A DNA stretch of 64,000 nt. Source: Cycas panzhihuaensis (taxonomy: Eukaryota; Plantae; Cycadophyta). Made by a program: the position numbers and the translations under genes. The first letter of the stretch is position 1. Each line of letters opens with the position of its first letter. The stretch covers positions 5,580,001 to 5,644,000 of the forward strand of contig CM041465.1 of the NCBI GenBank assembly GCA_023213395.1, given 5' to 3'. Positions 1-14,660 of the stretch are shown here, piece by piece. Below the pieces are notes generated by a model, which was not told the origin of the DNA, did no database searches, and saw only the letters and a program-made list of their open reading frames with translations.

Positions 1-2127
1 CAGTTAGGGTCTTATTCTTCAAGCATAGCCACTAGAAGACTACCACCTTAGGAATTAAACCCAACTTTTATGCTCTAGCCAATAGGGGGTTCTTTTCAAT
101 CCTTGCCTTTGAGCATATGGCTTGATATCCTTACTTCACAGTGTACTCCCCCAAAGGGGAATTTCCCCATATGATTGTATATGCCTTAGGTCTTTTTGGG
201 ATATAGCATTAATTGAGCTCTCTTTTTAAGGCCAGTATGTTCTCCTCCCAGTCTTGGGTCCCTTGTAGCTCCTCAAAGGATCTCTATGCTCTATTTCTAC
301 CTTATCCCTCTTGGTAATCCTTGACCTTTGTACTATAGGTCTCTTCACAAATGGCTTGTAGATTACCAGCGTTGGGTTTATCTTTCAATTGATAATTTCC
401 ACACTAGTTATCCTCCTAGAAATTTATACTTTCCCTATTCTCCAACTTCCATCTCATGTTAGAGATCATGAGAGGTCTAGAACGAACCAAACTCCTCCAA
501 ATTAGAGACCCATAAACCTCCCCTACCCTCATCTTTCAAGAAGTGCTCACCTCCCAAGTAGTTTTTGGAGATAATCTTGCCCTGTTCTTCTTCATTCTTC
601 TTTAGTCTCCAACCCATCTTAGCCACTATGGATCTATTGAAAGAGGCTAGTCTTCTAATATTAAGCCCTCTTGCCCATCTAGGAATGCATACTTTATCCC
701 AAGAAGCCAAATAAATTATGTGCTTTTCTTCTATTCTTGATCATAGGAATATTTTTTGGATGCCTTCCAAGATTGATATAACCCTACTTGAAACCTTGAA
801 AATTAATACCATATACACTAGGATACTCTAAAGGGAAGTGACCACAAACTGAATCTTCCCAACTTAACTAAGCAGAGATCCTTTCTAGATAGCCAACTTC
901 CTTTGTAACCTATCCACAATAGGATTCTAAGTGCCCTATACATATTCCTAACAAACAATGACATCCCTAAGTAGGTAGATGGGAGAGACCTGATGGGCAT
1001 CCCCAAATCCCTACTAATCTTTCTTTACAGCCTCTCATGGGTATTTATAAAGAAGATAGAGCTTGTTTCCAAATTTATTCTTTGATTTATGGCTCTCTCA
1101 AAGGATTGGAGTCTATCCTTAAAGGCCCTAACCTCCCCCATGGCAACTTTTCTTAGGAAAATGTTATCATCGACAAACTAGTGATGGATAATATTTTCTA
1201 TGCTAGAAGTAGGCTTTAATCCTAAGACCCATCCCTTCCTCTTGATCTCCTCCATAACTCTCCTTAAATTTTTTTCCATAATGATAAATATGGTAGGGGG
1301 ATAAAGGGTCCCCTTGCCAGAACCCTCTGAAATCAGGAAAGAATGGTGTGAAGGTGCCATTTATCAAGATTGAATAATGTGGTTTAGAGATGCATCTTAC
1401 CATCCATTCCCTCTAGACTTATCAAATCTAAACACTTGAAGACAATCTATTAACTAGTCCCATGCCACTCTATCGTAGGCTTTAGACATGTCAATTTTCA
1501 AGATCATGCCAGCTTCTTTTCTCTAGTGGACTGAATGGATCATCTCATGGATAATAATGATGCCATCCAAAATTTATCTACCTTTAATAAATCCATCCTG
1601 ATTTGGGGATATGATAAGTGATAGACATTCCTTAAGTCTATTGGCCAACATCTTAGCCTAAAATTTGTATTTTACATTACAAAGGCTTGTCATTCTGAAC
1701 TCCTCTATTACTTTTGCCCCTTATTTCTTAGGGATCAACACCAGGAAGGTAGCTTGTCATTCCTTTAGAATTGTCCTCTTCTCATAAAATTTGTCCAAGG
1801 CTAATTTTAGGTCTTCCTTGATTATGTCCTAAAATTCTTGATAAAAGCTCGAAGCAAATCCATCTAGACTAGGGACCTTATCCCACCCCATGCCAAAGAG
1901 GGCCTTATCCACTTCCTCTATTGAGAAAGGTTCCTTCATCCATCTATTATGATCTTTCTTGATTAGCTTAGGGATATATCCCCTAAGCTCCCTCCTTAGA
2001 TTCAGATCCTAGCATCTAGGTTATTCAAATAGATTCTTAAAGTAGTCCACTATTATGCCTTTAATTTCCTTATCTATCACAACTTCTCCTCCTCCACTAT
2101 TGCTTAATTTATTTATTCTGTTATAGG
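1..2127 (-). mobile_element. Degenerate L1-clade LINE (ORF2 RT to zf-RVT region), 5'-truncated, continues past window start
   Basis: ORF fragments 477-1403 carry QGDPLSPY, YLGM, SWDKVCxP and LASFNRS motifs; colinear with the LINE at 41308-44934; many stops and frameshifts. Confidence 0.92.
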
Positions 2128-2835
2128 ACAATAGGAATGACAACATCAAGATCATCAAGATCTCAAGTTTTTTTAGGCATGGAATTTTTTCCAAAAACAT
2201 AAGCCTATAGTTTATTTATAATCAAAATGCTTATGACTTATTTCTTCTAAGCTAAGAAATTATCACTTCTTAATAATTTAATAGTATTAATTGTAACCAT
2301 TTGAAGTTCTATTTTATCTGAAATATATATCCTATCTACCTAAAGGTTTGTTAATTTAGTATCTATAGTCCTAGTGTCTCCTTACCTAACAATCCTTGGA
2401 AGTTAAGATGGTTTTGTCTAATGGCATATCTATTGATAAGTGGCAGCTTGGGGATCCTATATACCCAAAGGTACATAGATGCTACTAAAGGCTCTATCAC
2501 CCCTCTAACATTATTAACCCACCTATATTGGATTTATGACTTGAACGATAGATCCTAATCTAAGTGAACATTTTAAACCAAGGCACTCACCATTTTTGAG
2601 TCCAACATAGTCTCCAAACTCTAAGATTTATTAGGTATACACCTCATCCTACCCCACAATATACTTTATAATTATTGCCTCCTCCTACAGTTTATAGAGT
2701 TTAAGGAAGCATAATAACATATGCGAGAGTGGTACCTTTAGGGGTCCTAATCATTCCCCTTATAAGACTAGCATCATAGGGTTATTCAATTAGGAATTTA
2801 TCTTTTTAGTCTTTTAAAAATTTAAAGATTTTATG

Positions 2836-3420
<585 letters not shown>

Positions 3421-5300
3421 TTATCTATATAAAAAGAAAAGAAAAAGGCTCTAAACATTAAGAAAACTACCTAAAACAAATTTAAAAATGACTTAAAACA
3501 AGCTAAAAGAGATTAAAGAGAAAGAAACTTTAGAATGAAGATAAATATTGAAAAGAGAATATACCATGAATATTTCAAAAGATATAACCTAAGGTTTTAA
3601 AAACTATAGACAAATTAAAAAATTAAATGATGAACAAAAAATAGGTGCAAAGAAATATGGATACAAGTGAAGATTTCTTCTTAATGATGTTGTGAAATTA
3701 TAATCTAACATTGTAGCTCAAGTTTGGATGCTAAAAGGATCAACATGAATGGTCATACTACCTAGTTTCATTAATCATCTAGTGAATGGAAAGCAAGTGA
3801 AGCTTATAGAATTTTCCCAAGTTCATACAACAAAACTCATCGGTAAATCAATCAATACGTCTCTATTGATTAATCAATTAATATGCCTCTACTAGTATTG
3901 AGAAATTCATACATAATGTCAATCTTTTACAGTGGTGATGTCCTTTGAATGTTGTGGTGAGGAGTGACATCAATTTATCAAGTTTCTTAGACTCAATTGA
4001 GAGCATGGATTTGAGTTCAAAACACTATAAAGCAAGCTAAATAAAGAGTTATATACATCAATTTTCTTAAGTCAAGTCTACTTCATCACCAATAATAGGG
4101 AGAATAAATAGAAGAAGGCATCTCAACTTTAGGGGAAAAAATGGAAGAAGGTGTCTCACCTTCTAACTAAAAATAAAGAAATGACAACTAGAGGGATGTA
4201 AGAATAAAAATACTCCAAATACTATTGTCCACTTAGCATATAGGAGTTCCTAGGAAAAATTAGAGTCTATGATCAATTTGTCTTAATGGCAGAGATTAAT
4301 TTTCTATATATTCACTAAAGAACTTCTCTCCAAGAGACTTGTCCATTTGTAATTAGAGAGGTTATAAGGAGAGTATAAATCAATATCCACTTGCCACTAT
4401 TGGCACTAATCAATGAATCTTAAGAAGCTCATATATTACTCAAAAGATTGCTGTAAAAAGGTCTAAATAAGTACCATGGTAGTATACCAAAATGGTACTG
4501 ACAAAGTCAAATAACACAAGTGGCATAAATAATTAACTACAAGAAATTATAGGCATAATATGTACAACCAAACTTTAGGCCTCTTTAATGCCATACATGA
4601 ATTTATAGTCTCATGGTAGAAAGATGCATTCAACACAAAAATCTTTGCTTTTGATGGATGGTTCATAACCCTTTATATTGTATACTTAACAAGATCCCAT
4701 ATAGTACTATGTGATTAAATAAAATAGGAGAGGAAAATATGTAATCTATGTGAAACAATAACATACTTCAAGTCTTCAACATTTGGGAATTCCAACCTTT
4801 CTTTAATACCAAGTGAAGGAAGAGGTATTAAATCCACCTTCAACCCAGGATCTGCAACACAAAGAGAATAGGTAGATGCAAACAAAGATGAGGAGGTCAA
4901 ATTAATTAAGCCTCCAAAATCAATCTCTCTTAACATTCATACTTTCATCATGAATTACATAAGTTATTGCCTCACATATATAAAAGTGAATAGTTATGAG
5001 AGAAGCAAGAGAGTATATAAAGAGTTGATAATGTAAGGTGACTAGTGGCATCTTATATGATCAACATTACCTATGTGTTACAATGTGGTATAGGCATTTA
5101 GGATCCTATGAGCATTAGGCTCACTACTACAAGTCATAACTAACTACTAACTTAACTAAAATACATTTATAATATACTTTATCACATTGAATTAATAAAG
5201 TAACTAACATAACTTATTAATATAACTTTATATTTATAAAAGTATAATATATTTACACATATTTATTATTCAATTAATGAATATATAATTAATTTTCCCA

Positions 5301-6473
5301 TCAAATCTCCCTAAGAAAGCATCTCGTAAACAACAAAATAGAATCTAGGCTATAACTCATGAATATGCCCTTATTAATGATGTTTTTTATAAGCATTCTT
5401 TTGATGGAATTCTTTTACAATATCTTAACCCATCAAAAGCCAAAATAACCTTAGATGAATGCTATGATAGAATCTATGGAGGCCATTTTAGGGGAAATTC
5501 AATAGTATAATGTATCATTTGTATAGGTTATTATTAGTCCATACTTTTCAAAGATGTCGATGCTCATATTTTAAGATATAAGAAATGTTGGGAACATGCA
5601 TACATCATTCATTAACCTATAGTATGTATGAGAGTTGTAGTCTCACCCTAGCCATTCTCCCAATGGGGTTTAGATCTCATTAGTATTATTAACCCAACTT
5701 TAGAAGGGGGCCTGAAGTTTATTTTAATAGCTACAAAATATTTTACAAAATGGGATGAATCCATTCTAATTACATCTACTAGTAGAAAAGTTATTAGTGT
5801 GTTCATTCTTAATGACACCATTTGATAAATTGGTACTCCTAATATCATTATCACTAATAACATATCTACCTTTTGTAACAAGGATGTAGATGAGTTATGT
5901 AAAATTTCTCATATCATACATAGGACTTTGTATCCTTATTATCGATAAGTCAATGGTCAAGTTGAAGCCCTCAATAAAAAATCAACTAGAATTACACAAC
6001 TCCATTCAACTCTTTAGGCTTATAAAAAATCAATTAGAATTGCTATTGGTATGACTTTATTTTTGTTAGTTTATGGTACAAAAGTAGTCCTCCCTTTAGA
6101 GATTTAAATCCCCTCTCTTTTTGTATCTTTGAAAGAACTTATAGATGAGAAGTGGATTTGATTTGCTAAACTCTTAAAACTAGAGTAAATTGATGAAGTT
6201 AAATCAAATGCCTATTAGAAAAATCTTATTCATAAATAAGGGAATCACATCATATATGATCACAAGATTCACTCTAAAACTTTTATTCCAATAGATAAAG
6301 TACTTAAAGTTAAGTACCTTCATGATAAGTTACAAAAGATTGAACCTAAATAAGTTTTCCCCTTTATCATCCCTTAAGATCTAAATAACGAAGCTTATAA
6401 GCTTGCTACTTTGGATGGTCTCAAGTTTGATAGTCTGTTCAATTCTCAATTCCTTTGCGAATACTATGTATGA
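5301..6473 (+). pseudogene. Ty3/gypsy Tat/Ogre-type integrase relic
   Basis: Manual translation gives YKHSFDGILLQYL, GGHFRG...GYY, PFSQWGLDLIS, FILIATKYFTKW, NGQVEA, LVYGTKVVLPLEI and the end NSQFLCEYYV*. Confidence 0.88.
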
Positions 6474-6494
6474 AATACTTCATGGCATCCTATA

Positions 6495-6620
6495 TAGTGA
6501 GAATAAATTAGGGAATAATCTCCGTAGTGATAATAAACTATAGCTTCAAAAATCTAACTACCAAGGAGCTAAAACTATGGCATTTCAGATATGCTCCTAC
6601 ATGAGTCTAAACTATCATAT
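6495..6620 (+). repeat. Short degenerate tandem repeats just 3' of the Tat integrase
   Basis: About four units with the core gag/gat..taaactat; such arrays are typical of Tat/Ogre 3' regions. Confidence 0.5.
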
Positions 6621-8798
6621 TTTTATTTAAAAATTTAAGTATTTGTTCATCACATTATCTATCTATCTATCTATCTATATATATAGATATATATATATAT
6701 TCTAAAAAATAGTATATTAATATTAGTAGACTTATCCTTGAATGAGTATATGCATCATTCACTCATATGAGCTTCTATCTACCCAGTACTTATAGGGAAA
6801 TTCTACTTTCCCCTCTCTTATTACTCATATCTCTAACTCTAGTTGTCTCATATACATTAAACAATATACTCTCTATTTTGAGTATAACTAGCCATGTAGA
6901 TAATCTTTGGACCTATTGTTTTAGATCTAAAATTTGTAGTCACTTATCCTTTATCAGTTGTTAAGATAAGTTTTCCAATTGTTGAGTGGTCTTAATGGTC
7001 CTAGATCTCTCTCACAATGTAAGTAGCTTATGCTCTATCTCTTTATATATGTGCTATACCTATATGACTAGAGCGAAGTATATTATATCTAAAAAGTTAT
7101 ATCTGGTTCTCTTATATTCAGGAGATCCTGTTTCCCAACTTAATATACATATGGATATAAGACATCTAAAGCTTGCCTTACCACCATGCCCCTAAGTACA
7201 TCTATATTTACACAAAAAAGAATAATTCTAATAAACATCATTAACATCATAAAGTATAATAAAATTATTAAAATAAAAAAGGGAGAAGTAATTTTTTATA
7301 CTTACATCATCACTCGCTCTTACCTCTTCTTAATCAATCATCATCTCATGAGATCATATTGAGATCTCTAGGCTTGTATTATATCTATGAGGCCTTGGGC
7401 TATTTTCCCCCTTACCTTATCCTTTATAGTGTCTACCAACTCATGGCATAACTTTAGCTCCTCACTCATTATGCCCTATGTGTGCATCTACTTCCTCCTT
7501 ATTAGACTCTTGTGCCATTCCTTTATAAATATTTATCATCTTATCTATAGGATATATTGTGTCTAGGTTAGGGGTATATATGACTCTCTTGTGCCTTTTA
7601 GATAGGAGCAAGCCATACATTAATTATTCATTGGTTAATAATCCCTATCTTACTCATATCCATTCAAGAGGATGTCAATGGACATCTATCATATAACTAA
7701 CATATCAATATAGAATAGTAAGATAGGTTCCCTTTCCCTCAAAAGTGGATGGCATTTAGTTAATGCTTTATATTACTAATAATCATAGAGGCCCAACTAT
7801 ACCTGACTTCATTCTTATATATGTAAAATATAATTGCCCATCCACCTGGTACCCATATGAAATTATACCTGAGACATTTAAAAGACCAATAGTAAGCTAA
7901 TGATATTCCATACTAATGGTATTCTCCTCAAAGTTATGATACTCTCTATAGTTACTACTCTCAATTAACATCTATCTCCTTATTTAATTAGGTATTCTAT
8001 ACCAGCATCCTTAGCTCTCTCCTCTATTGGTAAATTCATTTAAATTACCTCCTTACCACTACATGGAACTTCCATAATCCTCTACACCTTCTATTATGAT
8101 ATCATGGTGTCGCTTATTACATAAAAGTAAAATAAGTGTCAAGTTAGATCCCAATGTTATATAAGATCTAGTATCATATGACTATCTATGCATAGTTGAG
8201 TACCATAGCATAGTCTTAATAGTTCATATCATCTTAGTATGACTCTATCAACATCTTTTATATACCTTAGTAGACTAAGTGATTCCCCTATATTCTCATG
8301 ATTGGTAATTTCCCTCACTATATACAAAAATAAAAATATCATTGTGTATCAATATTCTATTTTCATATGAAAAATAAAAAGAAAATTATCATAAAAATAT
8401 AAATTATTTAAACTTTCCTTTATTATGTGATACTATTTGATTTTTCATAATGTATATGGTATACTTCATAAATTATGAGTTTTCATGTGATATACCATTG
8501 GTGGTATATTACCAAATATACAATACTTTCTATGGTATACTACAAAAGAAATCTCTTATTATGCAATATATGACTAACATATAATAGATAGAATTTTGTA
8601 AGAGAAATCATAAAATTCATAATAAAATAATATAAAAAATTATAAAATGCCCTCTGTAAACATAAAATCACATCTTGAAATTATATTTCATAGTAAAAAT
8701 TTATTTAATTCACTCATTTTAATTGATTTTTCTTCACTTTTGGCATGAAAACCTAAAAGTATAAAAGGTTAGAGAATGAAAAGGAATATATCAAGTTC

Positions 8799-9152
8799 TG
8801 TAACATAACCCTACCTCCATATGTAGAAGGAAGTATTAGCATGTGGAATCTACAATATTCTATAGTACTTACTTATTTAGTAAGTGCTTAAATAGTTGTA
8901 CTTACTTATTTAGTAAGTACTCAAATAGTGGTTCTTTTGTATTACACATGCATTTAACAAGTAGTTGTACTTACTTATTTAGTAAGTGTATTACACATGT
9001 ATTTAGAAAGTAGTTATGATTTTGTATTATACATGCATTTAGCAAGTAGTTGTGCTCACTTATTTAGTAAGTGCTTAGAATAGAGGTGTAAGTTTTTGTC
9101 CCATATACACTAGTGGGAAGTAAGCTTTAATAGTTGAAGCACTATATATACC
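8799..9152 (+). repeat. 5' LTR of element A (U3 part only; R/U5 and PBS apparently deleted)
   Basis: Matches the 3' LTR up to cactatatatacc, then diverges; contains ~30-bp repeats with acttac-N7-gtaagt inverted motifs. Confidence 0.8.
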
Positions 9153-9927
9153 TTTTTGTGCCCACTCAAGTCTTAGTATAGAAAGTAGTGAAAGTGGTAG
9201 GTTATTTTATTATTTGAGTGGAGATTTTTAGCAAAGTTCAACATTTAGAAGGGTCAATTCTATAATAAATTCTTCTTCTTCTCTAACCAAAATATTGTAT
9301 TACATATCTAGATAAGGGGAAATCTCCATTCACTTAACCATGGGAAGTTCTTGTGCATAAGCCTTAAAACTCATTGTGGGGAGTACTACAGGAATCCCAA
9401 AGTAGCTAGTTGAAGTATTTACTAGTGAAATAGGTAATGATCCCATCCTAAATTAGATTTCCCTCCCTTGAGTGTATATAAAAAGCTATCTTTTTGAGAT
9501 AAACCTATGGCTAACTTTTTAGTAGTTAATTCCTTCAAGAAGTAATTATTGTAGTTCTAAAGAGTAGTACTTGCTTAGACAACATTTGTGGCTAGTGAGA
9601 TTGACCATAATCCCCTAGGAAGCCTTTTATTGGGGCCTACTGCCTATTCTAGTCAACATTACATTGGTGTTAGAAACTCATAGTAAGCAGACTATTACTA
9701 GCATAGAATAAAATAAATAACTAAAAAAAAAAAAGCTTTTATTTATCCAAAAAAAAAAGAAACAATTTTTTTGGGTTAACTATTTATAGACATCCCAATC
9801 CCCTCCCTTTCCCTCTCATCTTTTCATCCTAATTTCTTGGAACTCCCATTTTATGTTACTCATCCCTCTTCATAAAGTCCTTTCTTCTAACTAGTCACCT
9901 CTTCTTTAAATACCTTCTACAATCATC

Positions 9928-12900
9928 ATGGCTCCAACTCAAGGTGATCAAATCTCACTCTTAGAGAATTAATTCACTATATTATAGCAAGAAGTTAAGA
10001 CAGAAGTGTAAGAGGTAAAAGCTGACATGTTAAATCTAGCATCAAAATCTGATATGGCTTCTATTATATCCCAGATGGTATAGATATCAATGCAAAACAT
10101 TTCAAATCAAAATTAGATGGCACAAATTTCTTCTCATCAAGCGAGTCCTATACCACCACCATCACTTCTTCCACCCCTGTGATAACAATAATCATTTCAC
10201 CATAAAATTAATATTCTAGCTTTTGATCCAAATATGAACAAGGAAAGAACTCACAGTTGGATAAGTAAATTAAAATCCTACTTTACCCTCAATCTAATGA
10301 CTGAAGAGAATCAACTATTGTATGCCTCTATCCATTTAGATGGGAAAGCACATCACTAGTTTAATTGGTAGAAAAAAGGATACCCTTCAATCCAAACATG
10401 GTAGCACTTCACAAACTATTTTTTTGAGTAGTATGAGGATACTTGGAGTTAGTCATCCTTCACTCAACTGACCAGGCTTAAGTAATCATCATTTGTAGAG
10501 TCATTTATAGATGAATTCCAAGCATTATTTAATCAATATTTGTAAGGTTAAAATCTGGATAAGCAAACTTTGATCAGCACTTATGTAGTAGGGCTCCAGG
10601 ACTATATTGAGATGTATCTCAAGACATTATCCTTGCCTTCTCTTAAGGAAGCTATTAGAATGGTAAAAGTAATAGAGGTAGAGTTTGTATCTGAAAGACC
10701 CATGTAGACCTAAAGAGACACCCTATGGTCCTCTCGGCCTTGATAGATAGACTTTTAGTAGCCTCATCCTCAGTTTGATAATGCAACTTGCCCTCAAATA
10801 TATTTTTAATGTCCTCGACCTTGATCTAATGACACATCTTGTCATCCAATAGATTAATAAGTAAAGGGACCCTCAATAAAAGGAGTCTAAATCTCACAAG
10901 CTAAAGCACAATGATAGGTAGAGGTAGGCCTCTATATACAATACTAAAAAAAGTGGACTCTTGGGCATAGCCGTATTTGTTTAGCAATGTGTATGGTCTT
11001 TTCCATTGAACCCATAGATGACCCATTAGACTCTAATTCCAATGAAGAGGTTGATGAAGGAATTTAGATTGACCCCAACCCTAACCCCCAACCTAAAGTA
11101 TCACTATCAGTTGTAGCCTTTACTGCTTGTCCTAAACCCTTACGAGTTAGAGGCATTCTTCAAAAGACTCTAATGTCAATACTAATTGATGGTAGTACAT
11201 CTTTGAACTTTATTAATATCTCATTAGCTAGGCGACTAAACCTATATATTATCCCCAACACTGGCATCACTTACTCTCTGCTAGGGTACTAGAAGATCCA
11301 TTGTATAGGTGTCATAAAAAACTTATATGTCTAAATTGGCTCATACCTCCTAACCTCCAATTTTCATGCATTATCTATAGGAGGATCTGATGCTATATTG
11401 AGCTTCTAATGGTTACAAACTTTAGGAACTTATAGTATGAATAACCCACCATTTAATACATTCATAATGTTTAAAGATCATATGGGAAAAACATACAAAC
11501 TCTATGGTATATGATCCCCTTCAAACCAACGTGTCTTACAAGGCTATATGAAAATACATCTCCAAACCAACCTTGGATATATAGTTCATCTAAATAACAT
11601 CTAAATTGATCCCTTAATCCACCCGCACATCCAAGATGTTATTACAAAGTATGAGTAAGTATTTACTCCTCTACCTTCCACCACCCCACCTAACAGTAGG
11701 TTTTACCATATAATCGAACTGAAATCTAACCATAACCTAATTAGCCAATGACCATATAGAAGTTCCTACTTCTAGAAAAATGAAATTAAGAAAATCACAA
11801 CTAAACTAATAGACAAGGGAATAATTCATACTAACAAAAGTCCATATGTAGCACTAATCATCTTAGTTAGGAAAAAAAATGTCTCTTTTTACCTTTGTGT
11901 GGATTACAAAGAGTTTAATAAGATTACTATCAAGAATAAGTTCCCTACTCCATGAATCAATGATATGCTTGACGAGATCCATGGATTATTAATCTTCTAT
12001 AAACTATACTTATAATTAGGATATTACCAGATCCTGATAGCCCCAAAAGATTGCAATAAGATAATTTTTTGAACCCACCATGGCCACTTTGAGTTTTGAG
12101 TGATGCCTTTTAGCATGTGTAATGTACTCGCCACCTTCCAAGCCCTCATGAATAAAATTTTTGGTCATCACCTTCAAAAATTTGCCATCATCTTCTTCGA
12201 ATATATACTTGTCTATAGTTCATGTTTGGCCATCACATTCATCATCTGGAGAATGTCCTCCAAATTCTACATCAACACCAGTTATATGGCAAACTTTCTA
12301 AGTGTGAGTTTGGAAAAATTGAACTCCAATACTTGGACCACATCATTTCTTGAAAAGGGTTATGTGTAGATCCTAATAAACTATTGGTCATCACTACTTA
12401 GTTGACACTGACTAATCTCACACAACTGCAAGTATTCCTTAGTCTTATAAGGTTCTATCATCATTTTATCCATAATTATGCTATACTAGTAGCCTTGATA
12501 ATAAATTCACTTCGTAAAAACTCCTTTTAATGGTCTTTAGAGGTTGAAGCTACCTTTTCCTACCTCAAGTTAGTGATAACCTCTACCCTAGTGCTGGTCA
12601 CTCCTAATTTCACCCAACCTTTCTAGCTCAAATGTGATACTTCTAGATTTGGCATAGGCATTGTTCTTATGAAAGAGTATCACCCCATTGCTTTTGAAAG
12701 TAAAAAACTAAAAGACCATGAACTTTAGTTATCAACTTACTAAAAAGAAATGTGAGCAGTCCTATATGTTATAGATAAGTGGCATCAATATCTTTTGGGA
12801 GTAAAATTCATAATCCTTATTGACCACCATAGTCTCCATAATCTGATAGATCAACTAATCCTCTTAGAAGAATAAGCCAAATGGATTGATCACCTTCAAG

Positions 12901-14425
12901 TTTTTGACTTCACAATATCTTATAAGAAAGGAAAAGACAATGTCATTGCATATGCCCTCTCTCGCCTTTCTCCCAATCCCAATGACACAAACCCCATCAT
13001 TCATGCTATATCTAAGCCCCAATCCATCTGGCTTAATGAATTACATGTTAAAAACTAGGCACAACATGACTACTTCCTTTGGAAAGAAAAAGATTTAAAC
13101 TAGAATGGATGGTCAACACACTCAAACCATCTATTATTTCATAATTGCATCTTTGTCCACCCATCCTTATCTTTCATTTCATACATTCTAACAAAGTATC
13201 ACTCCACTCCTTTAGGGGGTCATTCAGGATTTGATAAAACTTATTATTGTATTCATGCTAACTTCTTTTGGCCCTATATGAAACATACTATCTTAACCTT
13301 TATGTCAAAATATGATACTTATCAATTATATAAGGTGTACAACAATGTCTTGTCGGGACTATTCCATCCATTACATATCCCTCAAGGAAAATGGTAGGAC
13401 ATTGCCATGGATTTTATTACTGGCTTACCTACATTAGCTAGGTTTGACTCAATTTGGGTAGTCATCGATAGACTAACCAAATATTCTCATTTTATTCTAG
13501 TACATGCATCTTATAAATCATCTCGTCTGGGTAACATTTATGTCTAATTCATTTTTTGCCTTCATGGATTCCCTTCAACTATCATTTGTGATAAGAACCC
13601 TATGTTTACTGGCTCCTTTTAGAAAGAGCTATTTAAGGCTATGGGAACTTCATTTAATATGAGTACTACCTACCATCCATAAATAGATGGTTAATCAGAG
13701 ACCTTGAATAAAACTTTAGAAATATACCTATATTGTCTTTCCTTTAACCACTAAGCTAAATGGACATCTTGGTTATCCTTGGTAGAATATTGGTACAATT
13801 CCTCATACCATTTAGCCATTAGCATGTCCCTACTTTGACATTATACAGTTATTACCCCCCTTTGCACCACACTTTAGTGAATCATTTTTGGAATGCCTCT
13901 GCTTAATAAAAGCTTCAAGATATGGACCAAATCCTTCATACCCTTAAATAAAACTTAGCTAATGCAAGAAATCATATGAAGTAACTCACTGACTACCACT
14001 CATTTGATTAGTCATTTAACATTGGAGATCTTATCTTCCTCCATCTTCAATGATACAAATAACAATCCCTAAAATCCCATCGAAGCCACAAACTAAGCCC
14101 CATTATTATGGTCTATATAAAGTCATAAGAAGATTGTTGAAGTTATATATGCCCTTTAACTTCCCCCAGACACCAATATCCATAATGTCTTCCATGTCTC
14201 ATGCCTTAAAAAGTGTCTGGCAAAAATAATGCACCCCTCATCACCCTTCCCATTCTCCATAATGAACAAACTCTCACAATTCCACCAAACTAGATCTTCA
14301 CCAACTATCAAGGCCACCTTTGGAATCACATCATTTATGAGTATTTGTTATAGTGGGTTGGGTGTGATGTAGATAAAGCAACTTAGGAATCTGATGAGTT
14401 TGTCAAGTAGCATCCTCTTTTATAA
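9928..14425 (+). pseudogene. gag-pol of element A with C-terminal chromodomain
   Basis: LIDGSTSLNFI (protease), LCVDYK and MPFSMCN (RT), HPIAFESKKL (RH), [11 protein letters not shown] (INT), EYLL*WVG...AT*E (chromodomain); numerous stops. Confidence 0.9.
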
Positions 14426-14660
14426 TGCTTTAAGGACTCAACATATTAGAGGGGGGGACTTATAACATAACCCTACCTCCATAAGTGGAAGGAAGTATTA
14501 GCATGTGGAATTTGCTAAAGGTTTATGTAATCTTATGAATATTCTATAGTACTTACTTATTTAGTAAGTGCATAAACAATAGTACCTATTTATTTAGCAA
14601 GTACTCAAATAGTGGTACTTTTATATTACACATGCATTTAGCAAGTAGTTGTGCTCACTT

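Noticed and set aside
3700-5300. Possible retroelement coding relic or solo LTR
   Set aside because: No convincing motif, terminal pair or TSD found
9659-9676. ttaca + tggtgttagaa as an LTR end with a tRNA-Leu-like PBS
   Set aside because: The 3' LTR has no counterpart, and the upstream sequence resembles B's internal leader, so the match is probably chance
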